A model generated the notes under the pieces. The model worked only from the letters and a program-made list of their open reading frames with translations. It had not been told where the DNA came from and did not search any database. 64,000 nt of DNA, taken from positions 62 through 64,061 of the forward strand of contig JBGSPX010000031.1 of the NCBI GenBank assembly GCA_041738345.1. Direction: 5' to 3'. The position numbers and the translations under genes were made by a program. Position 1 is the stretch's first letter. Each line of letters opens with the position of its first letter. The stretch is from Proteocatella sp. Lineage in GTDB: Bacteria > Bacillota > Clostridia > Peptostreptococcales > Filifactoraceae. This document shows positions 16,092 to 26,372 of the stretch, in pieces.

Positions 16092-16358
16092 ATGAATAAA
16101 GAAAAACAAAATGCACTTAAGATGTTAAAAATAGCTAGAGGTCAAATAGAAGGAACGATAAAAATGCTTGAAGAGGACAGATATTGCATAGATATATCAA
16201 ATCAGATAATGGCATCTCAGTCTTTATTAAAAAAGGCGAACCTTCAAGTTTTAAAACAACATATGGAACATTGCGTTTCAGAAGCATTTAAAGACGGTGA
16301 TGGTGAGCAAAAAATAGATGAATTAATTATGGTGTTGTCTAAAATTATGGACAAATAA
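16092..16358 (+). CDS. csoR: CsoR-family copper-sensing transcriptional repressor
   Basis: RYCIDISNQI...HMEHCV gives the C-H-C copper ligand pattern of CsoR. The ATG at 16092 follows GGAGGA; the ATG at 16080 is an alternative start. Confidence 0.85.
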   Translation: MNKEKQNALKMLKIARGQIEGTIKMLEEDRYCIDISNQIMASQSLLKKANLQVLKQHMEHCVSEAFKDGDGEQKIDELIMVLSKIMDK

Positions 16359-16376
16359 TTTAAGGAGCGTGATTTA

Positions 16377-18608
16377 ATGACAAAAATGTTTAGAATCCAA
16401 GGAATGAGTTGTGTGGCCTGTGCAAAATCGATAGAAAGAGTTACCTCAAGGTTAGAGGGAGTTGAAAGTTCAAATGTTAATTTAGCTACAGAAAAACTTG
16501 TTATAAGCTTTGAACCTAAATTAATAGAAGAGAATAAAATAATATCAGCAATTGAAAAAGCAGGCTTTAAAGTATTTGAAGAAGCTGAGGATTCTTCAGA
16601 AAATGAATTTTCAAAGGAAGAAGAGATATCGGCGTTAAAACATAGATTTATAATATCTGCATTCTTTGCAGTTCCATTATTATATATCTCTATGGGATTT
16701 ATGATAGGGCTTCCAGTTCCTAAAGTTATAAATCCAGATTATAATCCACTTAACTTTGCACTTGTTCAAATCTTATTAACGCTCCCTATAATTATTTTAG
16801 GAAGAAAATTTTATTTAGTAGGGATAAAATCGCTTATTAAAAAAAATCCTAATATGGATTCCCTTATAGCAATAGGAACTTCAGCGGCATTTTTGTATGG
16901 GATATATGGAACTATAATGATTTATAAAGGAGCTCATATGTATGCTCATCATCTATATTTCGAATCCGCTGCAGTAATAATAACGTTAATTACGCTTGGA
17001 AAATATTTAGAGAGTATATCTAAAGGGAAAACTTCAGAAGCTATAAAGAAACTTATAGCGCTTGCACCTAAAACGGCTAAAATATTAGTAGATGGAGTAG
17101 AAAAAGAAGTAGCTGTAGAAACCGTCAAGGTGGGAGATATAGTTTTAGTAAGACCTGGTGAAAAAATGCCAGTAGATGGAGAAGTGTTTGAAGGAAGCAC
17201 ATCGGTAGATGAAGCTATGCTCACAGGCGAAAGTATACCTGTTGAAAAAACAATAGGAGATAAAATTTTTGCAGCAAGTATAAATAAAAATGGAGCAATA
17301 AAATATAGGGCTACGAAGGTAGGAAAAGATACGGCTATATCGCAGATAATACACTTAGTTGAAGAAGCACAAGGTTCAAAAGCCCCTATAGCGAGATTAG
17401 CAGATACTATTTCAGGTTATTTTGTACCTATAGTAATAGCGCTTTCTATATTATCCGCTTTAGCGTGGTATATTTCAGGAGAAACTGTGATATTCTCACT
17501 TACTATATTTATTGCAGTGCTTGTAATCGCTTGTCCATGTGCTCTTGGGTTAGCTACGCCAACTGCAATAATGGTAGGAACGGGGAAGGGTGCAGAAAAT
17601 GGAGTGCTTATAAAAAGTGGAGAGGCACTTGAAACGGCGTATAAAATAAATACTATAGTATTTGATAAAACTGGCACAATTACAGAGGGCAAACCTCAAG
17701 TCACAGATGTTGTAACTTTTTCTAAGTTTGATAAAAATAAGGTGATTGAAGTTGCTTCAGCAGCTGAAAACAATTCAGAACATCCTCTTGGAGAAGCTAT
17801 AATAAGATTAGCAATTGAGAATAATATCAAAATTAAATCGGTAGACTTTTTTAAAGCGATTTCAGGCAAAGGAATACATGTCAAACTAGAAGGCAATGAT
17901 ATTTTATTAGGAAATCAAAAGCTTATGGAAGAAAATAATATTGATATAAGTATGGCGCTAGAAATTTCAGATACGCTTTCAAAAGAAGGTAAAACCCCAA
18001 TGTATATAGCAATCGAAGGAGAGTTGTCTGGAATAATAGCAGTGGCAGATGTTATAAAAGCCACAAGTAAGAATGCAATTAAAAAACTAAAAGAAATGGG
18101 AATTGAAATTGCAATGATAACTGGTGATAATAAAAATACTGCACAGGCAATAGCAAATCAAGTAGGAATAGAAACGGTTCTATCGGAGGTACTACCAGGA
18201 GATAAAGCAAGTGAAATAAAAAAACTCCAAGCTCAAAATAAAATTGTAGCAATGGTAGGGGATGGAATAAATGATGCTCCGGCACTTGTACAGGCTGATG
18301 TAGGAATTGCTATAGGTACAGGTACAGATGTAGCGATAGAGTCTGCGGATATAGTGCTTATGAGAAGTGATTTGATAGATGTAATAGCAGCGGTTCAGCT
18401 TAGTAGAAGTACTATAAATAATATTAAACAGAATTTATTTTGGGCATTTGCGTATAATGTAGTTGGGATTCCTATAGCTATGGGTATTTTGCATATATTT
18501 GGAGGGCCACTTTTAAATCCAATGATTGCAGGCGCTGCAATGAGCCTAAGTTCTGTATCGGTGGTTACAAATGCACTTAGACTTAAAAATTTTAAAGTAC
18601 AAATTTAA
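16377..18608 (+). CDS. copA: Copper-translocating P1B-type ATPase
   Basis: One HMA domain (GMSCVACAKSIE), the transmembrane CPC motif (ACPCALGLATP), the phosphorylation site DKTGTIT, then HP, GDGINDAP and TGES. Confidence 0.95.
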   Translation: MTKMFRIQGMSCVACAKSIERVTSRLEGVESSNVNLATEKLVISFEPKLIEENKIISAIEKAGFKVFEEAEDSSENEFSKEEEISALKHRFIISAFFAVPLLYISMGFMIGLPVPKVINPDYNPLNFALVQILLTLPIIILGRKFYLVGIKSLIKKNPNMDSLIAIGTSAAFLYGIYGTIMIYKGAHMYAHHLYFESAAVIITLITLGKYLESISKGKTSEAIKKLIALAPKTAKILVDGVEKEVAVETVKVGDIVLVRPGEKMPVDGEVFEGSTSVDEAMLTGESIPVEKTIGDKIFAASINKNGAIKYRATKVGKDTAISQIIHLVEEAQGSKAPIARLADTISGYFVPIVIALSILSALAWYISGETVIFSLTIFIAVLVIACPCALGLATPTAIMVGTGKGAENGVLIKSGEALETAYKINTIVFDKTGTITEGKPQVTDVVTFSKFDKNKVIEVASAAENNSEHPLGEAIIRLAIENNIKIKSVDFFKAISGKGIHVKLEGNDILLGNQKLMEENNIDISMALEISDTLSKEGKTPMYIAIEGELSGIIAVADVIKATSKNAIKKLKEMGIEIAMITGDNKNTAQAIANQVGIETVLSEVLPGDKASEIKKLQAQNKIVAMVGDGINDAPALVQADVGIAIGTGTDVAIESADIVLMRSDLIDVIAAVQLSRSTINNIKQNLFWAFAYNVVGIPIAMGILHIFGGPLLNPMIAGAAMSLSSVSVVTNALRLKNFKVQI

Positions 18609-18641
18609 AATAGTATACAATAAAATACTATTGCGTTTTTT
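18608..18641 (+). terminator. Weak AT-rich hairpin plus T-run after copA
   Basis: AATAGTAT / ATACTATT stem followed by GCGTTTTTT. The stem is entirely A/T, so confidence is low. Confidence 0.4.
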
Positions 18642-18684
18642 GGAAAAATGTGGTATCTTTATAGAGTATGCAAATTTAATATAA

Positions 18685-18905
18685 TCCTTTGATGAGAAAA
18701 GTAGAAATACAATAGCCTTTATAGAGAACCAAGAATGGTGGAAGCTTGGTATGGTTTGATTTCGAATAGAAACTTTGAGGATGCTTTAAAAAAATAAAAA
18801 GTACGGGTCATTCACGTTATAGAATATAGAGTGGGCATTATGCCAAAAAGAGTGGTAACACGGGAAGATCTCGTCTCTTTATTATAAAGAGACGAGTTTT
18901 TTTAT
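18685..18905 (+). promoter_or_regulatory. T-box leader (Arg-specific, probable AGA specifier) controlling argS
   Basis: Stem I elements are present (GATGAGAAAAGTAG, AGAGA, AATGGTGGAAGC). The candidate specifier is GAAT-AGA-A. The T-box sequence AAAGAGTGGTAACACGGG is followed by the terminator CTCGTCTCTTT/AAAGAGACGAG plus T7. Confidence 0.85.
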
Positions 18906-18941
18906 TCATAAAAACAGATAGATTTTGTATAGGAGGTTAAT

Positions 18942-20642
18942 ATGGATTTTAAAAAAGAAATTGCCATTATATTAAAACAGCAGCTAGAAAATCTTGAACT
19001 AGAAGATATAATTTCATTATTAGAAATCCCGCCAAATGTGGATATGGGAGATTATGCATTTCCTTGTTTCAGATTAGCAAAAGAGTTTAGAAAAGCTCCA
19101 AATCAAATTGCATTAGATTTAGCTGAAAAAATGGAAACGCCAGATAGTGTAAAAGAGATAAAAAGCCTTGGAGGATATGTGAATTTCTTCTTAAATAAAG
19201 ACATTTGGGTAAAAGATGTAATAGGAAAATGTCTTACAGAAAGTGAAAATTTTGGAAAGAATGGCTATGGACAAAATAGAACGACTATAGTAGAATATTC
19301 TTCTCCTAATATAGCAAAACCATTTCACATAGGCCATATTAGAACGACTGTTATAGGTCATGCGCTTCATAGATTGTACAAATTTTTAGGATTTAATACT
19401 ATAGCTATAAATCATTTAGGTGATTATGGTACTCAGTTCGGAAAGCTTATAGTTGCATATAAAGCTTGGGGAGATAGAGAAATTATAGAAAAAGATCCTA
19501 TAAATGAACTTTTGAAGCTTTATATAGAATTTCATGAAAAAGCAGAACAAAATCCAGAAATGGAAGACGCAGCCAGAGAATGGTTTAAAAAGCTTGAAGA
19601 TCAAGATGAAGAAGCTAAAGAACTATGGCAGTGGATAAGAGATGTTTCGCTTAAAGAATTTAATAAAGTATATGAAATGCTTGGCATAGAATATGATTCA
19701 TTCGCAGGAGAAAGTTTTTATTCAGATAAAATGCCTAGAGTCATAGAAATGATGGAAAATAAAGGTATTCTTCAGGATTCTCAAGGTGCTAAGATTGTAG
19801 ACCTAGAAGAATATAATATGCCGCCAGCACTTATAATGAAAAAAGACGGCTCAACACTTTATATAACAAGAGATATAGCGGCAGCTATATACAGAAAAGA
19901 AACATATGATTTTTATAAAAATATATATGTTGTAGGTACACCGCAGGAACTTCACTTTAGACAGTGGAAAAAAGTGGTAGAACTTATGGGCAATGAGTGG
20001 GCAAAAGATTGTGTACATGTTCAATTTGGAACTGTTTCACTTGAAGAAGGAACACTTTCTACAAGAAAAGGAAGAGTGGTATTTTTAGAGGATGTATTGA
20101 ACAGAGCTATAGAAAAAACTAAAGAAATAATAGTTCAAAAAAATCCTGACCTAGAGAACTTGGATTTAGTAGCAAAACAAGTAGGAGTAGGCGCTATAGT
20201 CTTCCAAGAACTTTCAAATAGCAGAATAAAAGATTATCAATTCTCTTGGGAAAGAACACTTAGCTTTGAAGGAGAAACTGGTCCTTATGTTCAGTATACT
20301 CATACAAGATGTTGTTCACTTCTTAGAAAAGTAGAAATAACACCTCAGATTGATATAGACTATACTATACTTTCTCAGAATGAAGATGTTATGGATATTG
20401 TAAGAGTATTAGATTCTTTTGAAGATGTACTTTTAAGAGCTCAGTCAAAAAATGAGCCACATCATGTAGCTAGATTTGCACTTGATTTAGCACAAGCCTT
20501 TAATAAATTCTATCATGATAACCACATAATAAATAGTGAGGAGAGTCATAAGAAAGCTTATATTTCAGTTGTGGAGTCTACAAGAGTTGCACTTAAAAAT
20601 GCACTGTGGATACTTGGAATGGAAGCTCCAGAAAAAATGTAA
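18942..20642 (+). CDS. argS: Arginine--tRNA ligase
   Basis: 566 aa. Class I HIGH motif (PFHIGHIRTT), conserved core and the anticodon-binding C-terminus. Confidence 0.95.
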   Translation: MDFKKEIAIILKQQLENLELEDIISLLEIPPNVDMGDYAFPCFRLAKEFRKAPNQIALDLAEKMETPDSVKEIKSLGGYVNFFLNKDIWVKDVIGKCLTESENFGKNGYGQNRTTIVEYSSPNIAKPFHIGHIRTTVIGHALHRLYKFLGFNTIAINHLGDYGTQFGKLIVAYKAWGDREIIEKDPINELLKLYIEFHEKAEQNPEMEDAAREWFKKLEDQDEEAKELWQWIRDVSLKEFNKVYEMLGIEYDSFAGESFYSDKMPRVIEMMENKGILQDSQGAKIVDLEEYNMPPALIMKKDGSTLYITRDIAAAIYRKETYDFYKNIYVVGTPQELHFRQWKKVVELMGNEWAKDCVHVQFGTVSLEEGTLSTRKGRVVFLEDVLNRAIEKTKEIIVQKNPDLENLDLVAKQVGVGAIVFQELSNSRIKDYQFSWERTLSFEGETGPYVQYTHTRCCSLLRKVEITPQIDIDYTILSQNEDVMDIVRVLDSFEDVLLRAQSKNEPHHVARFALDLAQAFNKFYHDNHIINSEESHKKAYISVVESTRVALKNALWILGMEAPEKM

Positions 20643-20644
20643 TT

Positions 20645-22129
20645 ATGAAAGTTAAGGGGATTTACAAAAATATTGCCATATTTGGAAATAAAAATATTGT
20701 TTATCTTACCACGAGGTGTTTATTTCCAATAGAGCAAGCGCTTGAGGTTAAAATAGACTATAAAAGGCTTAATGATGAATTAGAGCTTTACAAATGTTTT
20801 TTTAATAAAGGAAAAGGAAGTATGATATCTTCTTTGGCTCCAGTTATATTAGCAAATACAGAATTTAATAAATCTGTTAATAATTCATATGAACTATACC
20901 AAAATATAAGGAGAACTATATCTATAAAAAATAAAATAGGCATAAATTTACTTACCTATTATATTTATAAAAAACTTAATAAAGATATAGACTTTTCAGA
21001 CCTAATAATGTTTGAAGGTTCCAAAGAGGAGCAAATTGAATTTCAAAAGAACAAGATTGATATCATATTAAATAAATGTTCTATAGAAGAAAAAATTGTA
21101 GAATTGCTAGAAGAAACACAGAAAGAGTATAATATAGAGTTGTTAAAAAATATAGATGTAGATGATTCAAGTAATCATGATGAATATTTAGAAAAAATAA
21201 CTATATACTTTCAAAAGGTATGCCTTTTCCAAATAAATAAAAAGCCGTATTGCGGGAAGCTAGATATAAGTAAAATATTTAGTGCAGAAGTAAGTCAGAA
21301 AAACAGAGATCCCCTTATTGGAGACTATTATGTAGTAAGTCGTAAAAGTGTAGAAAATATGTTGGTAATAAACCTAGAAGCTAAGATGGGAAAATTAGAA
21401 CTCTTTAAGGAAAATATTTCTAAAAATTTAAATCTAGACTTTGAAAAAAGTTTTGGTTTAAATGGAATAAAACCTCATTGGAAGGATATTTTTAGAGATG
21501 AATTTAAAAAAGATTACTTTATGAAATTGTTAGATATACTAAGTGAAGAGTATAAAAATGAAGTAATATATCCTCCTAAAAATGATGTCTTTGAAATATT
21601 TAGACGAATAGATTATTCTGATGTAAAGGTTGTGATAATAGGACAAGATCCATATCATGGTCAAGGTCAGGCTAATGGAATGTGTTTTAGTGTAAATAGT
21701 GGTATTAAAAATCCACCATCACTAAAAAATATGTTTCAGGAGTTAAATTCGGAATATGGAGTTCTAAGAGAAGATGGGGATCTTACAGATTGGGTAGATC
21801 AAGGTGTGCTTCTTTTAAATAGCATACTTACTGTAAGAAAATCATCACCAGGTTCTCATAAAAAATTAGGCTGGGAGCAGTTTACTGATATGGTAATCTA
21901 TAAAATGAACCAAAGAAAAGATCCGATAGTATTTATACTATGGGGAAATTATGCGATAGAGAAAGCTAAGCTAGTTGATAAGGAAAAGCACTATGTGCTA
22001 ACATCTAATCATCCGAGTCCTTTTTCGTGTCATAAAGGATTTTTTGGGAATAATCACTTTAGACTAACCAACGAGTATCTCAAAAAAAATGGAAAGCAAG
22101 AAATTGTTTGGTTAAAGCCAAATACCTAA
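20645..22129 (+). CDS. ung: Uracil-DNA glycosylase (family 1) fused to a 274-aa N-terminal domain of unknown function
   Basis: The C-terminal 220 aa (21467-22126) carries GQDPYHGQGQANGMCFSV, PPSLKNMF, GVLLLNSILTV and HPSPFSCHKGFFGNNHF. The N-terminal 274 aa is in the same stop-free frame. The ATG lies 2 nt after the argS stop. Confidence 0.85.
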   Translation: MKVKGIYKNIAIFGNKNIVYLTTRCLFPIEQALEVKIDYKRLNDELELYKCFFNKGKGSMISSLAPVILANTEFNKSVNNSYELYQNIRRTISIKNKIGINLLTYYIYKKLNKDIDFSDLIMFEGSKEEQIEFQKNKIDIILNKCSIEEKIVELLEETQKEYNIELLKNIDVDDSSNHDEYLEKITIYFQKVCLFQINKKPYCGKLDISKIFSAEVSQKNRDPLIGDYYVVSRKSVENMLVINLEAKMGKLELFKENISKNLNLDFEKSFGLNGIKPHWKDIFRDEFKKDYFMKLLDILSEEYKNEVIYPPKNDVFEIFRRIDYSDVKVVIIGQDPYHGQGQANGMCFSVNSGIKNPPSLKNMFQELNSEYGVLREDGDLTDWVDQGVLLLNSILTVRKSSPGSHKKLGWEQFTDMVIYKMNQRKDPIVFILWGNYAIEKAKLVDKEKHYVLTSNHPSPFSCHKGFFGNNHFRLTNEYLKKNGKQEIVWLKPNT

Positions 22130-22146
22130 ATTTGAAAGGATATATA

Positions 22147-23754
22147 ATGAATAATATGAAATTTGAAGATTTAAATTTGTCACCAGAAATATTAAAGTCA
22201 ATAAAAGATAGAGGGTTTGAAAATCCTACTACTATACAGGAGCAAGCAATCCCACTAGGATTATCTGGAAAAGACTTTATTGGGCAGTCGCAAACTGGAA
22301 CTGGAAAAACTATGGCATTTTCAATACCGATAGTTGAACAAATAGATAAATCTTTAGCAAAACCACAAGCAATAATACTTTGTCCTACTAGAGAGCTGGC
22401 AGTTCAGGTTTCTGATGAGATAAACAAAATTTGCAAATACAGTAAGGTAAAAGTTACCGCTGTATATGGTGGGGAAAGCATAGATAGACAGATAAAAAAT
22501 ATAAAACAGGGCGCTCAGATAATTGTAGGAACGCCAGGTAGAGTTTTAGATCATATAAAAAGAAAAACGTTAAAGCTTGGAGAAGTTAAATTTGCAGTAC
22601 TTGATGAAGCTGATGAAATGCTAGATATGGGATTCATTGAAGATATTGAAGAAATCCTAAAGCAGACAGATGAGAATAGACAGACAATGTTATTTTCAGC
22701 GACTATGCCTAAAGAAATAGCAAATTTAGCGAAAAGATACCTTACGGAGCCAGAAATTATAAGAGTGGCAAGTAAGCAAGTAACTGTAGATAGAATAGTT
22801 CAAAAATATGTAAGAGTTAGAAATACAGATAAAGCAGAAGTTCTTTCAAGAATTGTTCAGCTTGAAGATGCTAGAAAATCGATTGTTTTCTGTAATACAA
22901 AGAGAATGGTAGATGAACTGACTTATGACATGCAAGCAAGAGGATACTCAGTAGAAGGACTTCATGGCGATATGAAGCAGCAAAAAAGAGACTATGTTAT
23001 GGACAGATTCAAAAAAGGTAATGTAGATATGCTTATTGCTACAGATGTAGCAGCAAGAGGTCTTGATATAAAAAATGTTGATATAGTATTCAACTATGAT
23101 TTACCACAAGAAGATGAGCAATATGTGCATAGAATAGGAAGAACTGGAAGAGCTGGAAAAACAGGAAAATCATATTCGTTTGTTTTTGGAAGAGATGTAG
23201 ACAGATTAAAAAATATCCAAAAATATGCTAAATGTGAAATGGAAGAAATCAAAATTCCTAGATATGCTGAAATAAAAGATAAAGTTTTAAATAATTATAT
23301 AGCAAATGTAAATTCTAGAAATCTTCCAGAAGATATAGATTCATATTATGAAGTTATAGAAAAAATAAAAGAGTCAGGTATAGAACTTGAGACATTCTTA
23401 GCGCTTGTATTAAAAGAAAACTTACAACTTCAAGAAAAAGAAAATATTAATTTTGGAGATTATGATAAAAAACAATCTGACAGATCAGGAAAAAGAACTC
23501 GTTCAGATAAAGCGGAAAAAGGAATGGTAAGATTCCATATAAACGTAGGTAAGAAAAGCAAAGTTAGAGTAGCAGATATTGTTGGTGCAGTAGCGGGTGA
23601 ATGTGATATCCAGGGAAAACATATAGGCTCAATAGATCTTTTTGATAACTATAGCTTCTTTGAAATACCTTCAAAGTATGAAAATACAGTGCTTTCAAAA
23701 ATGAAAAATGTAAAGATTAAAGGTAAAAAAATAACTGCGCAACTAAGTAAATAA
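22147..23754 (+). CDS. DEAD-box ATP-dependent RNA helicase with a DbpA-type C-terminal RNA-binding domain
   Basis: Q-motif (FENPTTIQ), GQSQTGTGKT, DEAD, SAT, HRIGRTGRAG, and a C-terminal MVRFHINVGKK...ADIVGAV DbpA-like domain. Start placed at MNNMKFEDLNL. Confidence 0.9.
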   Translation: MNNMKFEDLNLSPEILKSIKDRGFENPTTIQEQAIPLGLSGKDFIGQSQTGTGKTMAFSIPIVEQIDKSLAKPQAIILCPTRELAVQVSDEINKICKYSKVKVTAVYGGESIDRQIKNIKQGAQIIVGTPGRVLDHIKRKTLKLGEVKFAVLDEADEMLDMGFIEDIEEILKQTDENRQTMLFSATMPKEIANLAKRYLTEPEIIRVASKQVTVDRIVQKYVRVRNTDKAEVLSRIVQLEDARKSIVFCNTKRMVDELTYDMQARGYSVEGLHGDMKQQKRDYVMDRFKKGNVDMLIATDVAARGLDIKNVDIVFNYDLPQEDEQYVHRIGRTGRAGKTGKSYSFVFGRDVDRLKNIQKYAKCEMEEIKIPRYAEIKDKVLNNYIANVNSRNLPEDIDSYYEVIEKIKESGIELETFLALVLKENLQLQEKENINFGDYDKKQSDRSGKRTRSDKAEKGMVRFHINVGKKSKVRVADIVGAVAGECDIQGKHIGSIDLFDNYSFFEIPSKYENTVLSKMKNVKIKGKKITAQLSK

Positions 23755-23775
23755 ATTTAAAAATGAAATTGAAAA

Positions 23776-23809
23776 GGTCAAGATAATAACTATATCTTGG
23801 CTTTTTTTT
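23776..23809 (+). terminator. Rho-independent terminator
   Basis: Imperfect stem GGTCAAGAT / ATCTTGGC followed by T8. Confidence 0.55.
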
Positions 23810-23892
23810 AAGAAAATAAAATTTAGTAATTAAATTGTAACGATTTAATTACAAAATAGGGTATAATTGAAATACGATAGGAGGTATAATTT

Positions 23893-24363
23893 ATGTATAG
23901 TTTGTTTTTGGCCATTGGAGTAGCACTTATATTTGCGGAGCTTTTTGTGCCGGGGGGTATTTTAGGAACTGTTGGGGCTATAGTGGTTATTTGGTCGTTA
24001 TCACTGATGACTGATACATTTTTAGGACTTATGCTAGCTATATTTGTAAGTTTTGCAATAATAGCTATATTGCTTTATATAATGATTAAGCTAATTCCTA
24101 ATGACAAAATGAAAAAAACTTTAATATTATCTTCAGCTTTAAAGAAAGAGGATGGATATATTAGTAGTCAAGATTTGAAATCCTATATAGGAAAAGTGGG
24201 AGTTGCAGAAAGTACTTTAAGACCTACTGGTAAAGCCAAAATAGAAGGAAGAGTATTGGATGTGGTTTCAGAAGACAAACTCATAGAAAAAGGAAAATTT
24301 GTTAAAGTGACTTATGTTGATGGAACAAAAATTTTAGTTAGGGAAATGGAAGGAGATCTATAA
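23893..24363 (+). CDS. NfeD-family membrane protein
   Basis: Three N-terminal TM helices plus a C-terminal OB-like domain ([28 protein letters not shown]). It sits upstream of, and overlaps, floA. Confidence 0.8.
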   Translation: MYSLFLAIGVALIFAELFVPGGILGTVGAIVVIWSLSLMTDTFLGLMLAIFVSFAIIAILLYIMIKLIPNDKMKKTLILSSALKKEDGYISSQDLKSYIGKVGVAESTLRPTGKAKIEGRVLDVVSEDKLIEKGKFVKVTYVDGTKILVREMEGDL

Positions 24364-25328
24364 TGTTTGATTTCGGTTTTTTATTTATGTTTTTAATAAT
24401 TCTACTGCTTATAGTAGCATTTTTTAGATTTATACCAGTGGGGCTTTGGATTACTGCAATATTTTCAGGTGTAAAGATATCTATACTTACACTAGTTGGA
24501 ATGAATATAAGAAGAGTTAAACCTTCTAATATAGTTAATCCGATGATAAAAGCGACTAAAGCAGGACTTGACTTAACAATCGATAAATTAGAAGCACACT
24601 ACCTTGCCGGTGGAGATGTTAATATGGTAGTAAATGCACTTATTGCAGCACAAAGGGCAAATATAATGCTTGAATTTGAACAAGCTGCAGCAATAGACCT
24701 TGCGGGAAGAGACGTGCTAGAGGCGGTTAAAGTATCCGTAAACCCTAAAGTTATAGAAACACCAATTATCTCAGCAGTAGCAAAAGATGGAATAGAAGTT
24801 AAAGTAAAAGCTAGAGTAACTGTTAGAGCAAATATAGAGCGTTTAGTTGGAGGAGCAGGAGAAGAAACTATAATTGCCAGAGTTGGTGAAGGGGTAGTTA
24901 CTACGGTAGGTAGTGCAGAACAACATAAGGATGTGCTTGAAAATCCAGACAGAATATCAAAAGTAGTTTTATCGAAAGGTCTAGATTCAGGAACTGCATT
25001 TGAGATATTATCTATAGATATAGCGGATATAGATATCGGAAGAAATATAGGTGCACAGCTTCAAACAGATCAAGCCGAAGCGGATAAGAAAATTGCACAG
25101 GCAAAAGCTGAAGAAAAAAGAGCTATGGCGATAGCGCAGGAACAAGAAATGAAAGCGCTTGTTGTGGAGATGCAAGCTAAGCTTGTAGAAGCAGAATCTA
25201 AGATACCTCAAGCAATTGCAAATGCATTTGAAAATGGAAACCTTGGAATTATGGACTACTACAATATGAAGAATATAATGGCAGACACAAAAATGAGAGA
25301 GAGCATATCAGGAACTGAAGAAAAATAA
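24363..25328 (+). CDS. floA: Flotillin-like protein FloA (YqfA/UPF0365)
   Basis: [30 protein letters not shown] and [11 protein letters not shown] are characteristic FloA motifs. The start overlaps the nfeD stop (TAATG). Confidence 0.9.
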   Translation: MFDFGFLFMFLIILLLIVAFFRFIPVGLWITAIFSGVKISILTLVGMNIRRVKPSNIVNPMIKATKAGLDLTIDKLEAHYLAGGDVNMVVNALIAAQRANIMLEFEQAAAIDLAGRDVLEAVKVSVNPKVIETPIISAVAKDGIEVKVKARVTVRANIERLVGGAGEETIIARVGEGVVTTVGSAEQHKDVLENPDRISKVVLSKGLDSGTAFEILSIDIADIDIGRNIGAQLQTDQAEADKKIAQAKAEEKRAMAIAQEQEMKALVVEMQAKLVEAESKIPQAIANAFENGNLGIMDYYNMKNIMADTKMRESISGTEEK

Positions 25329-25340
25329 GAAGGTGAATAA

Positions 25341-25787
25341 ATGGATATATTAATATTTATTGCTATATTTTATGCTTTACCTCAGATATTTAAAAAAATC
25401 AATGAAAATAACAAGACTAAAAGTGGATTTAATTTTGAGGATATCGATACGATAAAAAGAGAATTAGCTAAGCTTAAAACAAGTGCAGAGGCTAAAATTA
25501 AAGATACTAAACCTAAATCATCTAATATAAAAATAGAAAAAGCTGAAGTAGTTCAAAATGAGACAATCAATTCAGAAGAAACTATACCTAAAAAAATCAG
25601 CGAATTCCATAAAAAGGAAGCAGCTGCGTATAATTTAGATGAAAAGCATATGGAAAATTCAAATAAGAACAAAGTGAAAGTTAAGGAAAAAATTAATTTA
25701 GAGCTGAATGATAAAAAAGAATTGAGACGAGCTATAGTTATGAGTGAAGTACTAGGAAAACCTAGAGCGCTTAAAAAATTCTTATAG
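25341..25787 (+). CDS. Small membrane-anchored charged protein (YqfB-like position after nfeD-floA)
   Basis: One N-terminal TM helix and a Lys/Glu-rich tail. The call is positional, by analogy to the Bacillus yqeZ-yqfA-yqfB operon. Confidence 0.55.
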   Translation: MDILIFIAIFYALPQIFKKINENNKTKSGFNFEDIDTIKRELAKLKTSAEAKIKDTKPKSSNIKIEKAEVVQNETINSEETIPKKISEFHKKEAAAYNLDEKHMENSNKNKVKVKEKINLELNDKKELRRAIVMSEVLGKPRALKKFL

Positions 25788-25796
25788 AAACACAAA

Positions 25797-25824
25797 AAAG
25801 AGGGTTTAAAACCCTCTTTTTTGA
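25797..25824 (+). terminator. Rho-independent terminator
   Basis: AAGAGGGTTT / AAACCCTCTT perfect stem followed by TTTT. Confidence 0.8.
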
Positions 25825-25957
25825 TCTGTTGAATTAATCTATACTAAGTTACTTTATAATATTCTAATTATAAAAAGCTATGTAAAAATTTTAAAACAAA
25901 TTTTCGAAGCCTAAAACTTTCGGTATACATTAAAAGAATCAGATAAATACTGACAAA

Positions 25958-26158
25958 TTAGATTCTAGTTACGTTAGCAGCTTGAGGTCCTCTAGCGCCT
26001 TGTACTATTTCAAATTCTACGTTTTGTCCTTCTTCTAAAGTTTTGAATCCGTCTGTTTGGATTGAAGAGAAGTGTACAAATACATCATTTTCTCCTTCTA
26101 CAGATATAAATCCAAATCCTTTTTCAGCGTTAAACCATTTTACGATACCTTGTTTCAT
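25958..26158 (-). CDS. Cold-shock protein (CspA family)
   Basis: [18 protein letters not shown]...DVFVHFS carries the RNP1 and RNP2 motifs. The protein is 66 aa. Confidence 0.95.
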   Translation of the reverse strand: MKQGIVKWFNAEKGFGFISVEGENDVFVHFSSIQTDGFKTLEEGQNVEFEIVQGARGPQAANVTRI

Positions 26159-26372
26159 TTCGTGTCCTCCAAAAATCTATTAAAAATTAAAATTTAGTAG
26201 AATATCTACTTCCTTTATGATAACATGGATAAGACATAATGTCAATGGCTTTAAGATATTTAAAATACTTGATATGTTAATGCTTTAAGCCGATAATGAT
26301 AATTAAAAATAATGTATATAATTAAGTATTAATATATCGAAAATATGAATTGAATTAAATAGGAGTTTAAAT

